Assembly (NCBI GenBank): GCA_963674945.2
Contig: CAXXWQ010000003.1
Location: 896,001 to 960,000, forward strand
Reading direction: 5' to 3'
DNA: 64,000 nt
Origin: an uncultured Desulfosarcina sp.
Lineage (GTDB): Bacteria > Desulfobacterota > Desulfobacteria > Desulfobacterales > Desulfosarcinaceae
The position numbers and the translations under genes are program-made. The notes below the pieces were generated by a model. The model searched no databases and was not told the origin of the DNA. It worked only from the letters and a program-made list of their open reading frames with translations. Of the stretch, positions 20,978 to 33,180 are shown piece after piece (the first letter of the stretch is position 1; each line of letters starts with the position of its first letter).

Positions 20978-23433
20978 CAGAACACTGCATCTCCGGGAAA
21001 ACTATGTGACACCTCCGGCATGATTTGAGGTGCTGCAGCCATTTAGTTCGAATATCATTTGCAGCTCGGTACCGGGGTATTTTACCTGCGCACTGTTCAG
21101 ATGCGCAAACAGTTGGCAAAGAGCCCGATTGGCCGCTGGGAACGAAGCGCCGTGCAATCGTATATTCAATTGCTGATTTTCAATATCGGGCAGTACATCG
21201 CCTTCGGTCTGGAACAGTGTCTGGAGAAGACTCCGTGCATCCGACGAGTTTACCGTCGGACCCGTGAGCAACCCAACCATTGCCGTCTCTGCACGATATG
21301 CAATCATACGAACCGTGTCCATCAGGCGTTTTCTGCCCGGTTGTAAACGTAAAAATTTATCTTTTGCTTCAAGTTCTCCCCACGTGATGTGTTTACTTGT
21401 CTGTTTTCGTTTTTCTTTCAACTCGCTGAGTTGATACTCCATCTTTTCGATTTCTTCTAACAGCTCGGCCTTTTTCTCTATCCACTTCTTAAACTTTACC
21501 GGTTTGTCTTCATTTTCAGGGTGAATGGTCATCTCGGCAAAACAGGCACGACGATATCGTAGCTTGTTCTGCAACGAATTACGGGATTGATTCAATTGCC
21601 GCCAAACGGGGTTGATTACCCGTTCGGTATCAGGAAATTCAACGACACCATAATCTAAAAGCACATCGATATCAAAATGTTGCATCATATAGTTGAAAAA
21701 GTTTTCCTGACACCACCGGCTGAACATGCGTGCTGCCAATTGAGTATGCGGCAAATCGAAAGCGGTGCTGATTACGCTGGTCTGGTGTCCGGAATCGGTC
21801 AGTTTTCGCACTTGTCGCATCCATGTTGCACCCTTACCAGATCCCACCAAACTACCCATTTCGCAAAGCCGCATCTTCACCACCTCTTTGTTTGGCATCG
21901 CAACTTCATACTCGGTGAACCAATGCTCCGGCCATGATTCACCAGGATGCTTATGATACGTCATGCAGCCGATTCGATGGCGATCCCACATTTCCTTGAA
22001 GAATGCGGGACTATATCCTTCCCTGTCGAAAACAAGAACGAACCGGCATAAACATGGGTTCTCTTGTAGTTGCTGCAAACCGGGTTGATTCGGAACGTCT
22101 TGCAACAACCGGGGAACGATATCGTCTCTTAAAACCGCCAATAATCCAGGATCGATCTGCTTTTCGACGACAAAAAAAGGTCGGCCAATCGCATCGTTAA
22201 CCCAATAGTCGGTAATGCCCCTCATGCACAATCGTTCCCGGGACACGTAGCGGCGCGGTAGTCGGGTCAATTTTCCATGATAAACACGTACATGCCCGTC
22301 AACATAAAGCGCGCCAACCGATTCGGGCGCCTGTTCCATCCAGTATTTACCGAGGTATGCGGCCCACTTTTCCGCGCCGTGGTCTGCGCTCAACGCATCC
22401 ATCTTGTAACGCAAACAGCGAACCTCCGGTGCACGATCCAAGCCCAATAACTTACCAAATTCTCCCGGAGCATGGCCTCGTATTTTTTCTGTCGTCTTGA
22501 TCCTGCATAAGGCCATAAACGAAAGCAGCAACAAGACATGAAAGATCGTGTAATAGCCTTTGACTTGGCCGAGGAACTGTTTTGCGCCGGTAAACAACCC
22601 GTTTGCCACCAATGACGGTATCGCACAAAGAACGCCTGCTTTGGGAACGTCCAGGCATCTGTCAAAACGAACCGGCGCACCAACCATTTTGCCCAATGAT
22701 GCCAATATGCGTTCCCCGACTCGGTTGCAAGCCGTCCCCATACCATCGGCAGCAGCCATGTCGACCATGTCCCGATCTGATTTGGTTAGACACGGTTCAC
22801 CAATCCTTGATTCGATTAACCGACCATCATCTATAGCTTTGCGAAACGTATCGTATTTAATGCCAAGTTCCAGGGCGGCATCTTTTTTCGAGCACCCTTG
22901 ATCCAGTAAACGTTGGGCTTGTTCAAGCACCTCAGGTTTGAAAACCTTGCCGCCGCGTCGTCCCCGCCGCTGAACGAAAAATGCCTCGGCGCCGCCGGAC
23001 CTGAGTTTGTTCACGGATCGGATGACATTGCTCTTGGATACGCCGAATGTGTTTTGGATATCGATCTGGCGGCAAGCTCCGGATTCAACCAGTTGGGCTG
23101 TTATCATCCGAAACATTCGTTGATCGCCTTGTCTGTGAGAATAAATCGGAACGGTCGATAGAAAATAGGTCCAGGTCGTATCGTCACGAAATACACTGAC
23201 AAGCCCGTTGATTTGTCTTGCACCGCGAGGAATAAGTGGTAGTATCTGTTGAGGCATGGCATCCTTTTCCTTTCATTTATCCGCCAAGATAATAAGGTTA
23301 AAGGTGCCATGTTCATTTTCCGGTTGCAATACCTTACCGGCCTGCTGGATTCAGACTCCTATCTTTCTGTTTTTCAACCACTTACATTATGTTTTGCTTG
23401 CCATATGCAACAATTAGGAAATCAAGTTTCCTG
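20978..23433 (-). mobile_element. 2456-bp insertion sequence, family not assigned, copy 1
   Basis: CAG...CTG ends with imperfect 17-bp IR (12/17), 5-bp TSD AAGTT; second copy at 39996-42451. Confidence 0.92.
21002..23257 (-). CDS. putative DDE transposase, 751 aa
   Basis: N-terminal HTHs, LYVDGH, VFDREG, RWCQENFF. Confidence 0.85.
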   Translation of the reverse strand: MPQQILPLIPRGARQINGLVSVFRDDTTWTYFLSTVPIYSHRQGDQRMFRMITAQLVESGACRQIDIQNTFGVSKSNVIRSVNKLRSGGAEAFFVQRRGRRGGKVFKPEVLEQAQRLLDQGCSKKDAALELGIKYDTFRKAIDDGRLIESRIGEPCLTKSDRDMVDMAAADGMGTACNRVGERILASLGKMVGAPVRFDRCLDVPKAGVLCAIPSLVANGLFTGAKQFLGQVKGYYTIFHVLLLLSFMALCRIKTTEKIRGHAPGEFGKLLGLDRAPEVRCLRYKMDALSADHGAEKWAAYLGKYWMEQAPESVGALYVDGHVRVYHGKLTRLPRRYVSRERLCMRGITDYWVNDAIGRPFFVVEKQIDPGLLAVLRDDIVPRLLQDVPNQPGLQQLQENPCLCRFVLVFDREGYSPAFFKEMWDRHRIGCMTYHKHPGESWPEHWFTEYEVAMPNKEVVKMRLCEMGSLVGSGKGATWMRQVRKLTDSGHQTSVISTAFDLPHTQLAARMFSRWCQENFFNYMMQHFDIDVLLDYGVVEFPDTERVINPVWRQLNQSRNSLQNKLRYRRACFAEMTIHPENEDKPVKFKKWIEKKAELLEEIEKMEYQLSELKEKRKQTSKHITWGELEAKDKFLRLQPGRKRLMDTVRMIAYRAETAMVGLLTGPTVNSSDARSLLQTLFQTEGDVLPDIENQQLNIRLHGASFPAANRALCQLFAHLNSAQVKYPGTELQMIFELNGCSTSNHAGGVT

Positions 23434-24020
23434 AAGTTCAAATTCAATAATGGTATTTTGGAGGCATTATCGTCTCCAAAGGCGTTGCAGAATTTTTGGC
23501 GCCTTCATGAAAGCATACGAAAAACAAGAATTATAGTCGATAAATTAGGTTGTCGCTATGAAGACTATCTTGTCGGCATTGTTGAATACACCCTTGATCG
23601 AAATAGGAAACAAGTAATCCAGGTTACGCCGAATATCCATGATTTTGCAGGAGAGGACCATAGAGAAGCGGCAACGAATTATCTTCGAAACAATTTAGCA
23701 TCGTCAGTCTGTATTACTCTTGATGATATTCATTATAGTCGCAATGCCGATTTCATTTTGAATTATTCCGACACCACCCCGGAACAACGCGAGAAGGCTA
23801 ATAACTTTTATCACGACATTCTCATCCCTGCAATCGAACGAGCCGCCGCTAATTCTGGTGAAAGACCATTTGACATAATTTCCACAGCAATTGACCTGAA
23901 ATTATTACCTGAATTTTGCACGCAATTAGCTTTAATTGGCCACGGTGGCCAATTTTTTCAAAATGACGAAGAGTTCGTTTTCTACTCTAACACATGATCG
24001 TTGCCTTTAGTGTGAAGTAT

Positions 24021-25658
24021 ACGGTTTGCACGTGTTTCGTTTAACTGCCCATATACAAAGGAAATTGTCGTGAAAAAAAATTCTTGCATGATATTTTCCC
24101 GAGTTACGCAGACGTTCAACATGCCACTTGTCTCCACGGCTTCGGTTTCAATCGCGCTTGATCCAGGAAGTCGAGAAAATGGATCATCGCGGGCGTTCTC
24201 GCATCGTGTACGGAGAACTTGACCTTGTCACGGTTTTGATCTTTGACAACTTTTGCGGCAATGAAAAGCAGCTTCAACCTGGCGATCCGGATTGTATTGG
24301 ATGCCACCGTTTTTAAATGCGGCATCTTTTTTCTGTCCTGGCTCATGGCGGCAAGCATCTTGATGTAACGCCAAATGTTATACGACAGCACTACAAGTTG
24401 AAAGAACGCATAATTGTTTTTGAACTTTGCTGATGGGATGGCCTCAAGCCCTTCACGTTTGGCCTCACCCACCAGGTTTTCAACGTCAGCGCGTTTATCA
24501 TACTTGCTGACCACCTCATGGGCCGGCCCTGAAAGGTTCGTGCAGAATATCCGGTATGTATAGTTGTCGTCTTCAAAGAGTAGGCATTGCACTTGCTGGT
24601 TTGAAGTTGATTTGGCTTTCGGTATACGCATGGCCACAAACCGGCACGGGGTATCCCAACCAAGGGGCTGATAGACGCAGCTGTTATACTCAACATCCTT
24701 GCGTTTCCAGGGCCGATACCAACCTCTCGGATCAAAGGGCGGGTCGCATCTCTTGTTGGCGATGATGAAGTCATAGCCGCAGTGTCTTGCAGTCTGGACA
24801 CTTTCCCAGCTCAGGAACTCTCCATCGGCCCGCAGCAGGACTTGGCGAACACAACCGGGTAAATGGGATTTTGTCTGGAGGATAAAGGCAGCGGTCTGTT
24901 TGCCACTGAGTGTTTCACCTTTTCGAAGCTTTCCGATAAGACACTCCCGGGTCTGCTCAATGAAGCACAGCACCGGACGGTAACCTTTCTTTCCCCGGTT
25001 TTTGGTGTTATGGCCTTTCCTGCCTCCTTGCTGATTGCCGTACAGCGTCTCGACGGTGGTGTCGATATCGATGCATATCCGGTAATAATTGAAACCCAGT
25101 TGTTGCCACACCCGTTCTCGCAGAATGCTCATGAGCTTCTGAAGGGACTGGGCTTGGTTAATTCCCAAGCTGTCAAGGTATCGCCAGAAGGTGCTCGACA
25201 CCGGCAACTTTGTCAGTCGGAAAAATCCACACAGCATGGCATCGAGTCGGATGTAGGTAAAATGCCAGATTCTGTTAAAGCCTATAAACAGTAGCATCAG
25301 AAGTCCTGCCACCATCGAATAGTGGCCCAGCTTTGGCTGCCGGACAGGCGCATGATAGGTGGAGTTAAATATTTGTTTGAAATCGATCAAATCGAAAAAT
25401 TTGATCATCGCTAAAAGCCCGCCAAATGGACTTAGTTGCTCGCTGCATGTCTCATGCGGCGTAGAAGCGTTGATTTTTCTGGCCTTGGCAGCGTTTTTCT
25501 TAAACCCTTTGTTCTTGCGGTTTTTACGGCTTTTTGATTTACTTGATTTTACCATCTGGGTACCTCCTGTTTTTATTGTGGAAGCATGTCACCTCCCTTT
25601 ATAACAGGATTCCCAGATGGTTTCTTCCTTATTTATGATTCGTCGTGCAAAATTTAGG
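24021..25658 (-). mobile_element. IS1380-family insertion sequence (ends uncertain by a few bp)
   Basis: Transposase gene; inverted TTTGCACG cores near both ends; possible GTAT/TAT duplication. Confidence 0.75.
24116..25555 (-). CDS. IS1380-family transposase
   Basis: IDIDTT...YGNQQG, GYRP, LRADGEF, Y..RA.VEN...EAK. Confidence 0.88.
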   Translation of the reverse strand: MVKSSKSKSRKNRKNKGFKKNAAKARKINASTPHETCSEQLSPFGGLLAMIKFFDLIDFKQIFNSTYHAPVRQPKLGHYSMVAGLLMLLFIGFNRIWHFTYIRLDAMLCGFFRLTKLPVSSTFWRYLDSLGINQAQSLQKLMSILRERVWQQLGFNYYRICIDIDTTVETLYGNQQGGRKGHNTKNRGKKGYRPVLCFIEQTRECLIGKLRKGETLSGKQTAAFILQTKSHLPGCVRQVLLRADGEFLSWESVQTARHCGYDFIIANKRCDPPFDPRGWYRPWKRKDVEYNSCVYQPLGWDTPCRFVAMRIPKAKSTSNQQVQCLLFEDDNYTYRIFCTNLSGPAHEVVSKYDKRADVENLVGEAKREGLEAIPSAKFKNNYAFFQLVVLSYNIWRYIKMLAAMSQDRKKMPHLKTVASNTIRIARLKLLFIAAKVVKDQNRDKVKFSVHDARTPAMIHFLDFLDQARLKPKPWRQVAC

Positions 25659-25791
25659 TATTACCTCAACAATGGGCTGAAGGATATGGCTCATACCATC
25701 GTCTGAAAATCTTATCAGGCTATCGATATGATGCTGAACATGCCATTTCAAGGTCAATTTTCCGAAATGTCCATTAACAGAGAGGAACTTC

Positions 25792-27180
25792 ATGGCAACA
25801 CCATATACACCCGCAAAAACCATCAAAGATGAATTCAGCCCGGATTTTCAGAAGGATATCCTCGCCTTGCTTTATCTGGATCCAAACTTTTTGAGGCTAT
25901 CATCTGAAACCATAAAACCCGAACACTTCGACGACAAAGTTGATGCCACGTATGCGGAAATATTCATCTCTTTTGTAAAGAAATTTCCAAAAGATTCAAT
26001 CACCAAGGAGGTTGTTTTTCATGAGATTTCGAAGCGCATCAAGACGAAAAGGATTGTTGAAGATGAACGTACCGAGTATGTCAAAACATTTGTCAGGATT
26101 GCCACCACTCCAAAAGCCCTTGAATATGTTAAAACAGAAATTCGTCGATTTGTGCTCGCCAAATCCCTTGAAGTCGAACTCGTCGGATCTGTCGATCTCC
26201 TGCGAAAAGGTCAATACAAAGAAATAATCGACAGGATGACAGCCGCCTACACCAAAGTCGAATCGACAGAGAAAAGGGTTGATATCAAAGTTGTTGGTTC
26301 GGTTGGTGACCGGGTGGCCCTACTTAAAGATCCGGAAGCCTCCCTTACCCGGGCCGGCATTTCCACCGGCCTGCCCGAGCTGGATGCCAAACTTTATCGC
26401 AAAGGAATCGGCAAAGGTGAAATGTTGGTTATTTGTGGTTCCCCTGGCCGTGGCAAATCTATTTGGCTCGCAAACCTCACCATGGCTGCCGTTCTTCAAG
26501 GAAACAATGTTCTATATTACACTTTGGAGATGGCCAGCGATATCGTTATGAATCGCTTCGATGCCATGGTTACCGGCATCCCTTTTGTCGATCTTATCAA
26601 ACACGCCGATCTGGTCGCCGAAAGATGGGGTATCATCCAGCGAAGTTTCAAATTCGGCGAAATTTTTCTGCATGACCTTCCGCCGAGATATCTCACTCCG
26701 AATATGATCCGACGTCATATTCGATCATATGAAGAAGAAGGAATCCGGATTGATGCCCTGGTCGTCGATTATGCGGACATCATGGCATCCGACAGGCGAA
26801 TAGATGAACGTCGCCTCGAACACGGCGATGTCTATGAACAGCTTCGAGCAATCGGTAAAGAATGCTCCGTCGATGTCATGACAGCCTCCCAGGCCAACCG
26901 CGACAGCCTCAGAAAAAAAGATATCGATATCGATTCAATGGCTGAAGACTTTTCCAAAGCGATGACTGCTGACTATGTTATCGGTTTATCCCAAACCAAA
27001 TCAGAGGAAGCTTATTGCTCCGATGGTTGTACAGGCATCATGCGTGCATTCCTCGCCAAAAACAGGAACGGGCCCAAAAACATCAACGTCGAATTTTACA
27101 CCGACTTTACCCGAATGAGAATATCCAAACCTATGATGGATGAATTCGACCGGACCCATTTCGGCCGCCTTATAACATGA
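25792..27180 (+). CDS. dnaB: DnaB-like replicative helicase
   Basis: GSPGRGKS, YTLEM, VVDYAD, ASQANR, KNRNG. Confidence 0.92.
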   Translation: MATPYTPAKTIKDEFSPDFQKDILALLYLDPNFLRLSSETIKPEHFDDKVDATYAEIFISFVKKFPKDSITKEVVFHEISKRIKTKRIVEDERTEYVKTFVRIATTPKALEYVKTEIRRFVLAKSLEVELVGSVDLLRKGQYKEIIDRMTAAYTKVESTEKRVDIKVVGSVGDRVALLKDPEASLTRAGISTGLPELDAKLYRKGIGKGEMLVICGSPGRGKSIWLANLTMAAVLQGNNVLYYTLEMASDIVMNRFDAMVTGIPFVDLIKHADLVAERWGIIQRSFKFGEIFLHDLPPRYLTPNMIRRHIRSYEEEGIRIDALVVDYADIMASDRRIDERRLEHGDVYEQLRAIGKECSVDVMTASQANRDSLRKKDIDIDSMAEDFSKAMTADYVIGLSQTKSEEAYCSDGCTGIMRAFLAKNRNGPKNINVEFYTDFTRMRISKPMMDEFDRTHFGRLIT

Positions 27181-27307
27181 TACCTCGTTTAAGATCCCTT
27201 AGAGGCTCAAATTTCAATCCGGGGCATTCTGATACCACCCAAAGTGAGATAACCCGAAATTCACGGCGAGAATTCGTTTTACAGTCTATTGCAACAGGAG
27301 GTAGATC

Positions 27308-28351
27308 ATGACTTTCAATTTCCAAGAATATATCGAAGATCAATTTGACCCCAAACCCCAGCAGATAAACCCGGATCAGGTATCCATCAACTGCATCAAC
27401 CCGGATTGTGATGACAACTGGCGTCGCCGCCGGAAGATGACAGTCAACCTTGCTGATAAAAAAGCCTTTTGTTTTATCTGTGGCGAAAAATACAATGAAA
27501 TTGAGTTTGTTGCCACAGCCGAAGGTATTTCTAAATTCCAGGCGATGAAGATCGTCCGTACTTCCGCACCCAAGAGAACATTTGGCGCTGATCGCCTTGA
27601 AACAGCAATTAAAACATTATTCGAATCACCTGAAGATACCGAATCCTCAATTGAAACAGAGTCAAAGCCATGTCTTTTCCCTCCATGGCGCCGAATCGAA
27701 CCAGGAACCCCGGAATGGAGTTATCTCGAAGGTAGACGGATATCCAAAGATGTCATCGAACATTTTGGATTGGTTTTCTGCCCATCCGGGCCACCTACCG
27801 GTACCCTTTGCCCCGAATGTTCAATTCGAAAAGCAGGAAAACGATGCTGTCCATATTCCGGTCGGATCATCATTCCCATTTATCGAGATGGAAAAGCCGT
27901 CGCATTCCAGGGACGAACCATTTACGACGCAATCCCGAAATACCTCTTTCCAATCGATCAGCCATTTGAAAGTGAATTGTATAATTGGGATCATGCCCGA
28001 TTTTTTGGAACCCTCATCATCACGGAAGGTGTCACCAGCGCCTGGCGCGTATGGGAGCGCAACTATCACAACGTCACGGCCACCTTCGGCAAATCCTTGA
28101 AAGTCAATCAGGAGAAAATGATCAAAGAAGAATCCAGAATTAATACCGTGATCATGCTCTGGGATGGCGGGACGCTACCGGAAGCCTATGCCGCCGGGTT
28201 GCGCCTCAAATCCCACAAAAAAGTATTGATTGCACAGCTTCCCGGAGATCTTGACCCGGATGAATGCCCCGACACTCCCGATTACATCGAAGCTGCCAAA
28301 TCGATCGAATCATTTGATCCCTTGACCGTCGCCATGAGCAAACTCGCCTAA
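27308..28351 (+). CDS. phage DNA primase (Zn finger + TOPRIM)
   Basis: N-terminal Cys cluster, RIIIP, FQGR, PKY, ITEG, DLDPD. Confidence 0.85.
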   Translation: MTFNFQEYIEDQFDPKPQQINPDQVSINCINPDCDDNWRRRRKMTVNLADKKAFCFICGEKYNEIEFVATAEGISKFQAMKIVRTSAPKRTFGADRLETAIKTLFESPEDTESSIETESKPCLFPPWRRIEPGTPEWSYLEGRRISKDVIEHFGLVFCPSGPPTGTLCPECSIRKAGKRCCPYSGRIIIPIYRDGKAVAFQGRTIYDAIPKYLFPIDQPFESELYNWDHARFFGTLIITEGVTSAWRVWERNYHNVTATFGKSLKVNQEKMIKEESRINTVIMLWDGGTLPEAYAAGLRLKSHKKVLIAQLPGDLDPDECPDTPDYIEAAKSIESFDPLTVAMSKLA

Positions 28352-28379
28352 TAGATAATATTTTATATTATCTATTAGG
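28347..28379. repeat. AT-rich inverted repeat with 15-bp perfect arms
   Basis: CCTAATAGATAATAT-TTT-ATATTATCTATTAGG. Confidence 0.8.
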
Positions 28380-28487
28380 TTTATCGTTGCAACCACAATT
28401 AAAGAAATTTATGTAAAGTTATTGACAAAAAAATTGATATATAGGCACATGAAAAAGTAAATAAAAACAGACAAGGAATAAAATAAA

Positions 28488-29636
28488 ATGGATGGTCATA
28501 AACACATATCATTTAAAAAACGATGGGAAATTAAATGGTTGTGCATGTATCAACTTGGAGAATGTGATGCACTGGTGGAAATGATATCAAATATTCCTTT
28601 AAAACCGAAAACAAGAGACAGACTATTACAAGTGTCTTTGATTAAAGGTGCCCAAGCCACAACCGCCATCGAAGGCAACACATTGAGCCAAGAAGAAATA
28701 GCGAGGATACAAGAAGGCTGGAAATTACCTCCAAGTAAAGAGTATCTTGAGGTTGAAGTAAAAAATATTTTAAATGCTTTTAACACTTTGCTTAATGAAA
28801 TAGTAAATGATGGCAAGGTTCGAATCATCACACCGGAACTTATCATGGATTTTCATCGCATGATAAGCAAGGATTTAGGAGAACATATTGACGCAATTCC
28901 GGGGCGTTTCAGGAATGACAATCGTATCGTAGGGCCATACAGAGCACCAGAATATAAATATGTCCCGGAACTTGTTAAGAAGTTGTGTGAATGGCTTCCT
29001 ATAGAATTTCATTTTAACGACGGTCCACAACCATTTTCTACGGCCATAATCCAAGCTATTGCAACCCACGTGTACATCGAGTGGATACATCCATTTGGTG
29101 ATGGTAACGGACGGACAGGGCGATTGCTTGAATTTTATATTTTATTACGAGCCGGGTTGCCAAGTATCGTTTCCCATATTCTATCGAATTTTTATAATGA
29201 GACCCGTCCAGAATATTATCGGCAGCTTGATAAGGCTAAAAATCAAAATGATCTGACTGGATTTATTGAATATGCCATCCAAGGTTTTCGTGATGGGCTT
29301 AAAGAAAACATAAAAATTATACAAGAGAATCAATTTCGAATTTTTTGGCATAATTATGTGTATGAAATCTTTGCGGATTTGAAATATACCAAGAAAGAAG
29401 CCTTTAAAAGAAAACGGGAAGTCGTTTTAAGGATGCCAAATGAAAGATCATTAACTATTGATGAAATTACCACCCTATCAACCGAGCTTACCAAACAATA
29501 TGCCAGATTAAAAAGAACAACAGCATCAAGAGATTTAAAAGAATTGCAAAATCTTGGACTGATAGTGAAAGAAGGCGTAAGATATCGTGCCAATACGGGG
29601 TTATTAAAAGCAATGATGCCAAGCAGAAAATCGTGA
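28488..29636 (+). CDS. fic: Fic family protein with C-terminal winged helix
   Basis: HPFGDGNGRTGR active site, TTAIEG inhibitory motif, C-terminal TASRDLKEL. Confidence 0.92.
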   Translation: MDGHKHISFKKRWEIKWLCMYQLGECDALVEMISNIPLKPKTRDRLLQVSLIKGAQATTAIEGNTLSQEEIARIQEGWKLPPSKEYLEVEVKNILNAFNTLLNEIVNDGKVRIITPELIMDFHRMISKDLGEHIDAIPGRFRNDNRIVGPYRAPEYKYVPELVKKLCEWLPIEFHFNDGPQPFSTAIIQAIATHVYIEWIHPFGDGNGRTGRLLEFYILLRAGLPSIVSHILSNFYNETRPEYYRQLDKAKNQNDLTGFIEYAIQGFRDGLKENIKIIQENQFRIFWHNYVYEIFADLKYTKKEAFKRKREVVLRMPNERSLTIDEITTLSTELTKQYARLKRTTASRDLKELQNLGLIVKEGVRYRANTGLLKAMMPSRKS

Positions 29637-29712
29637 CTTGTCAAAAATAAGAGTCTTTCACTCCCCCGACCATAATTTTTTTTAATTTTTAGCTATTTTC
29701 ATCATCTTTTTA

Positions 29713-29764
29713 CAGGATTTTGAGATTTATAATATCACTGATTAATTACAAAGTAACTATTTAC
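29713..29764. promoter_or_regulatory. promoter-like motif followed by two degenerate palindromic sites
   Basis: CAGGATTTTGAGATTTAT 29713-29730; CTGATTAATTAC 29738-29749; GTAACTATTTAC 29753-29764. Confidence 0.6.
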
Positions 29765-29804
29765 ATTCAAATCGATCAGTGATATCGATAAGGAGAGAAA
29801 ACCG

Positions 29805-29975
29805 ATGAGCGCTCATTTAAACGATTCCCAATTATTCTGTTACAGGTACCACTGCACAATCATGAAACCGAAATTCGCCTACATCGATGAACTTTTTATG
29901 ATTTCCCATTACCGACTGATAGAAACCTCGAATGTCATCATTCCATATTTACTTTCAAGCACAGACCAAACTTAA
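29805..29975 (+). CDS. small hypothetical protein (56 aa)
   Basis: AAGGAG RBS; downstream of the promoter-like motif. Confidence 0.45.
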   Translation: MSAHLNDSQLFCYRYHCTIMKPKFAYIDELFMISHYRLIETSNVIIPYLLSSTDQT

Positions 29976-30054
29976 CAGGAAATTGCAATCAAACTATTTG
30001 ATTTTTATTGACGTTTTTTATTTGTAATTAATTACACCCGAAAGGAGAAACATA

Positions 30055-30303
30055 ATGTCACCCGCCGTTATGACCATTTCCATCGCACTGGATGTCGACC
30101 TCGGAAGTATCCTGCCAAAAATCGAAAAGAAACAAGAATTCATCGGCTGTTGCGAAAAATTCGTCGAACAGAATGAAGACATCAAGGCGCTTCGATTCTG
30201 CGCATTCCTTCGAAACAATGGATTCCCGGTCGTCGCAAAAACCATTTGCCAATATCTCATGCAAACGAATCCCGGACTTCTCTCCAGAACATTGGCCGCA
30301 TAA
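30055..30303 (+). CDS. hypothetical protein
   Basis: AAGGAG RBS; perfect palindrome at 30024-30035 upstream. Confidence 0.65.
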   Translation: MSPAVMTISIALDVDLGSILPKIEKKQEFIGCCEKFVEQNEDIKALRFCAFLRNNGFPVVAKTICQYLMQTNPGLLSRTLAA

Positions 30304-30316
30304 AGAAAGACACAAA

Positions 30317-32507
<2,191 letters not shown>

Positions 32508-32516
32508 CCATTTTAA

Positions 32517-32625
32517 ATTCTACACCCTGCTCATGGGGTTCATACATTGAGACATCACGTGATAGACCAATCAAGAAAATAATGAACCATTTCACACCTT
32601 GCTCATGGGGTTCATACATTGAGAT
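32517..32625 (+). CRISPR. orphan CRISPR-like mini-array: two 37-bp repeats and one 35-bp spacer
   Basis: ATTCTACACCCTGCTCATGGGGTTCATACATTGAGAC (32517-32553) and ATTTCACACCTTGCTCATGGGGTTCATACATTGAGAT (32589-32625), 33/37 identical; no cas genes in the window. Confidence 0.55.
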
Positions 32626-32650
32626 GCAATCATAGCAATCTCAAATCATT

Positions 32651-32701
32651 GTAATTACTTACTTTGTTTCAATCGCCTTTTTCCAGAAAATTGAGATTTA
32701 T
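32651..32701. promoter_or_regulatory. palindromic site plus promoter-like motif
   Basis: GTAATTACTTAC 32651-32662; CAGAAAATTGAGATTTAT 32684-32701. Confidence 0.65.
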
Positions 32702-32748
32702 ATATCCCCAAAATCAACCATTTTAATTTGTAACAAAGGAGAAAAATC

Positions 32749-32907
32749 ATGTTGAAAAAACACTTTGGAGTAATTTTTGTACTCGCATCGTCGCTGGTGA
32801 TCCTGGTGGTATATTCCGCCATGCTTAAACCCATTTCGAAAGGCAATCACGAAGTCAGGAATAGCCATTACGCCCAACTGGCCGAAGCCGCCTCTAACAA
32901 CTGGTAG
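32749..32907 (+). CDS. small membrane or exported protein (52 aa)
   Basis: AAGGAG RBS; hydrophobic N-terminus MLKKHFGVIFVLASSLVILVV. Confidence 0.55.
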   Translation: MLKKHFGVIFVLASSLVILVVYSAMLKPISKGNHEVRNSHYAQLAEAASNNW

Positions 32908-32915
32908 GAGCAATC

Positions 32916-33173
32916 ATGAAACATTACGCCCAATCTTTATTGAAGGATCTGATGGGCTTCATGTTATTTCGAGGTCCGCTGCCAGAAGAAGGCCGCGCCC
33001 TCGAAACCATCGAAAAACACCTATCCATCGAGGGCGAAGTACAAATCCGGAAAAAAGATACCTTTCGTTCGAAACCAACCGTGAATCATCCCGACGATAT
33101 GGTCCGGGTAACCCTCGATATGCCTCTCCACACCTGGCGGAAACTGAAACCACGACTGAACACGAAAGGTTGA
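32916..33173 (+). CDS. hypothetical protein
   Basis: AGGAG RBS; operonic spacing. Confidence 0.6.
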   Translation: MKHYAQSLLKDLMGFMLFRGPLPEEGRALETIEKHLSIEGEVQIRKKDTFRSKPTVNHPDDMVRVTLDMPLHTWRKLKPRLNTKG

Positions 33174-33180
33174 AGACATC

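Larger units (their letters stand above)
19905..23997 (+). pseudogene. putative replication initiator (N-terminal winged helix), split by an IS
   Basis: Removing 20978-23433 and one AAGTT copy gives an open ~543-aa frame (..FFKTKFKFNNGILE..); internal iteron-like repeats; upstream of dnaB and primase. Confidence 0.7.

Noticed and set aside
28347..28379. Protelomerase (telRL) site
   Set aside because: The palindrome has an asymmetric 3-nt centre and no protelomerase gene is in the window
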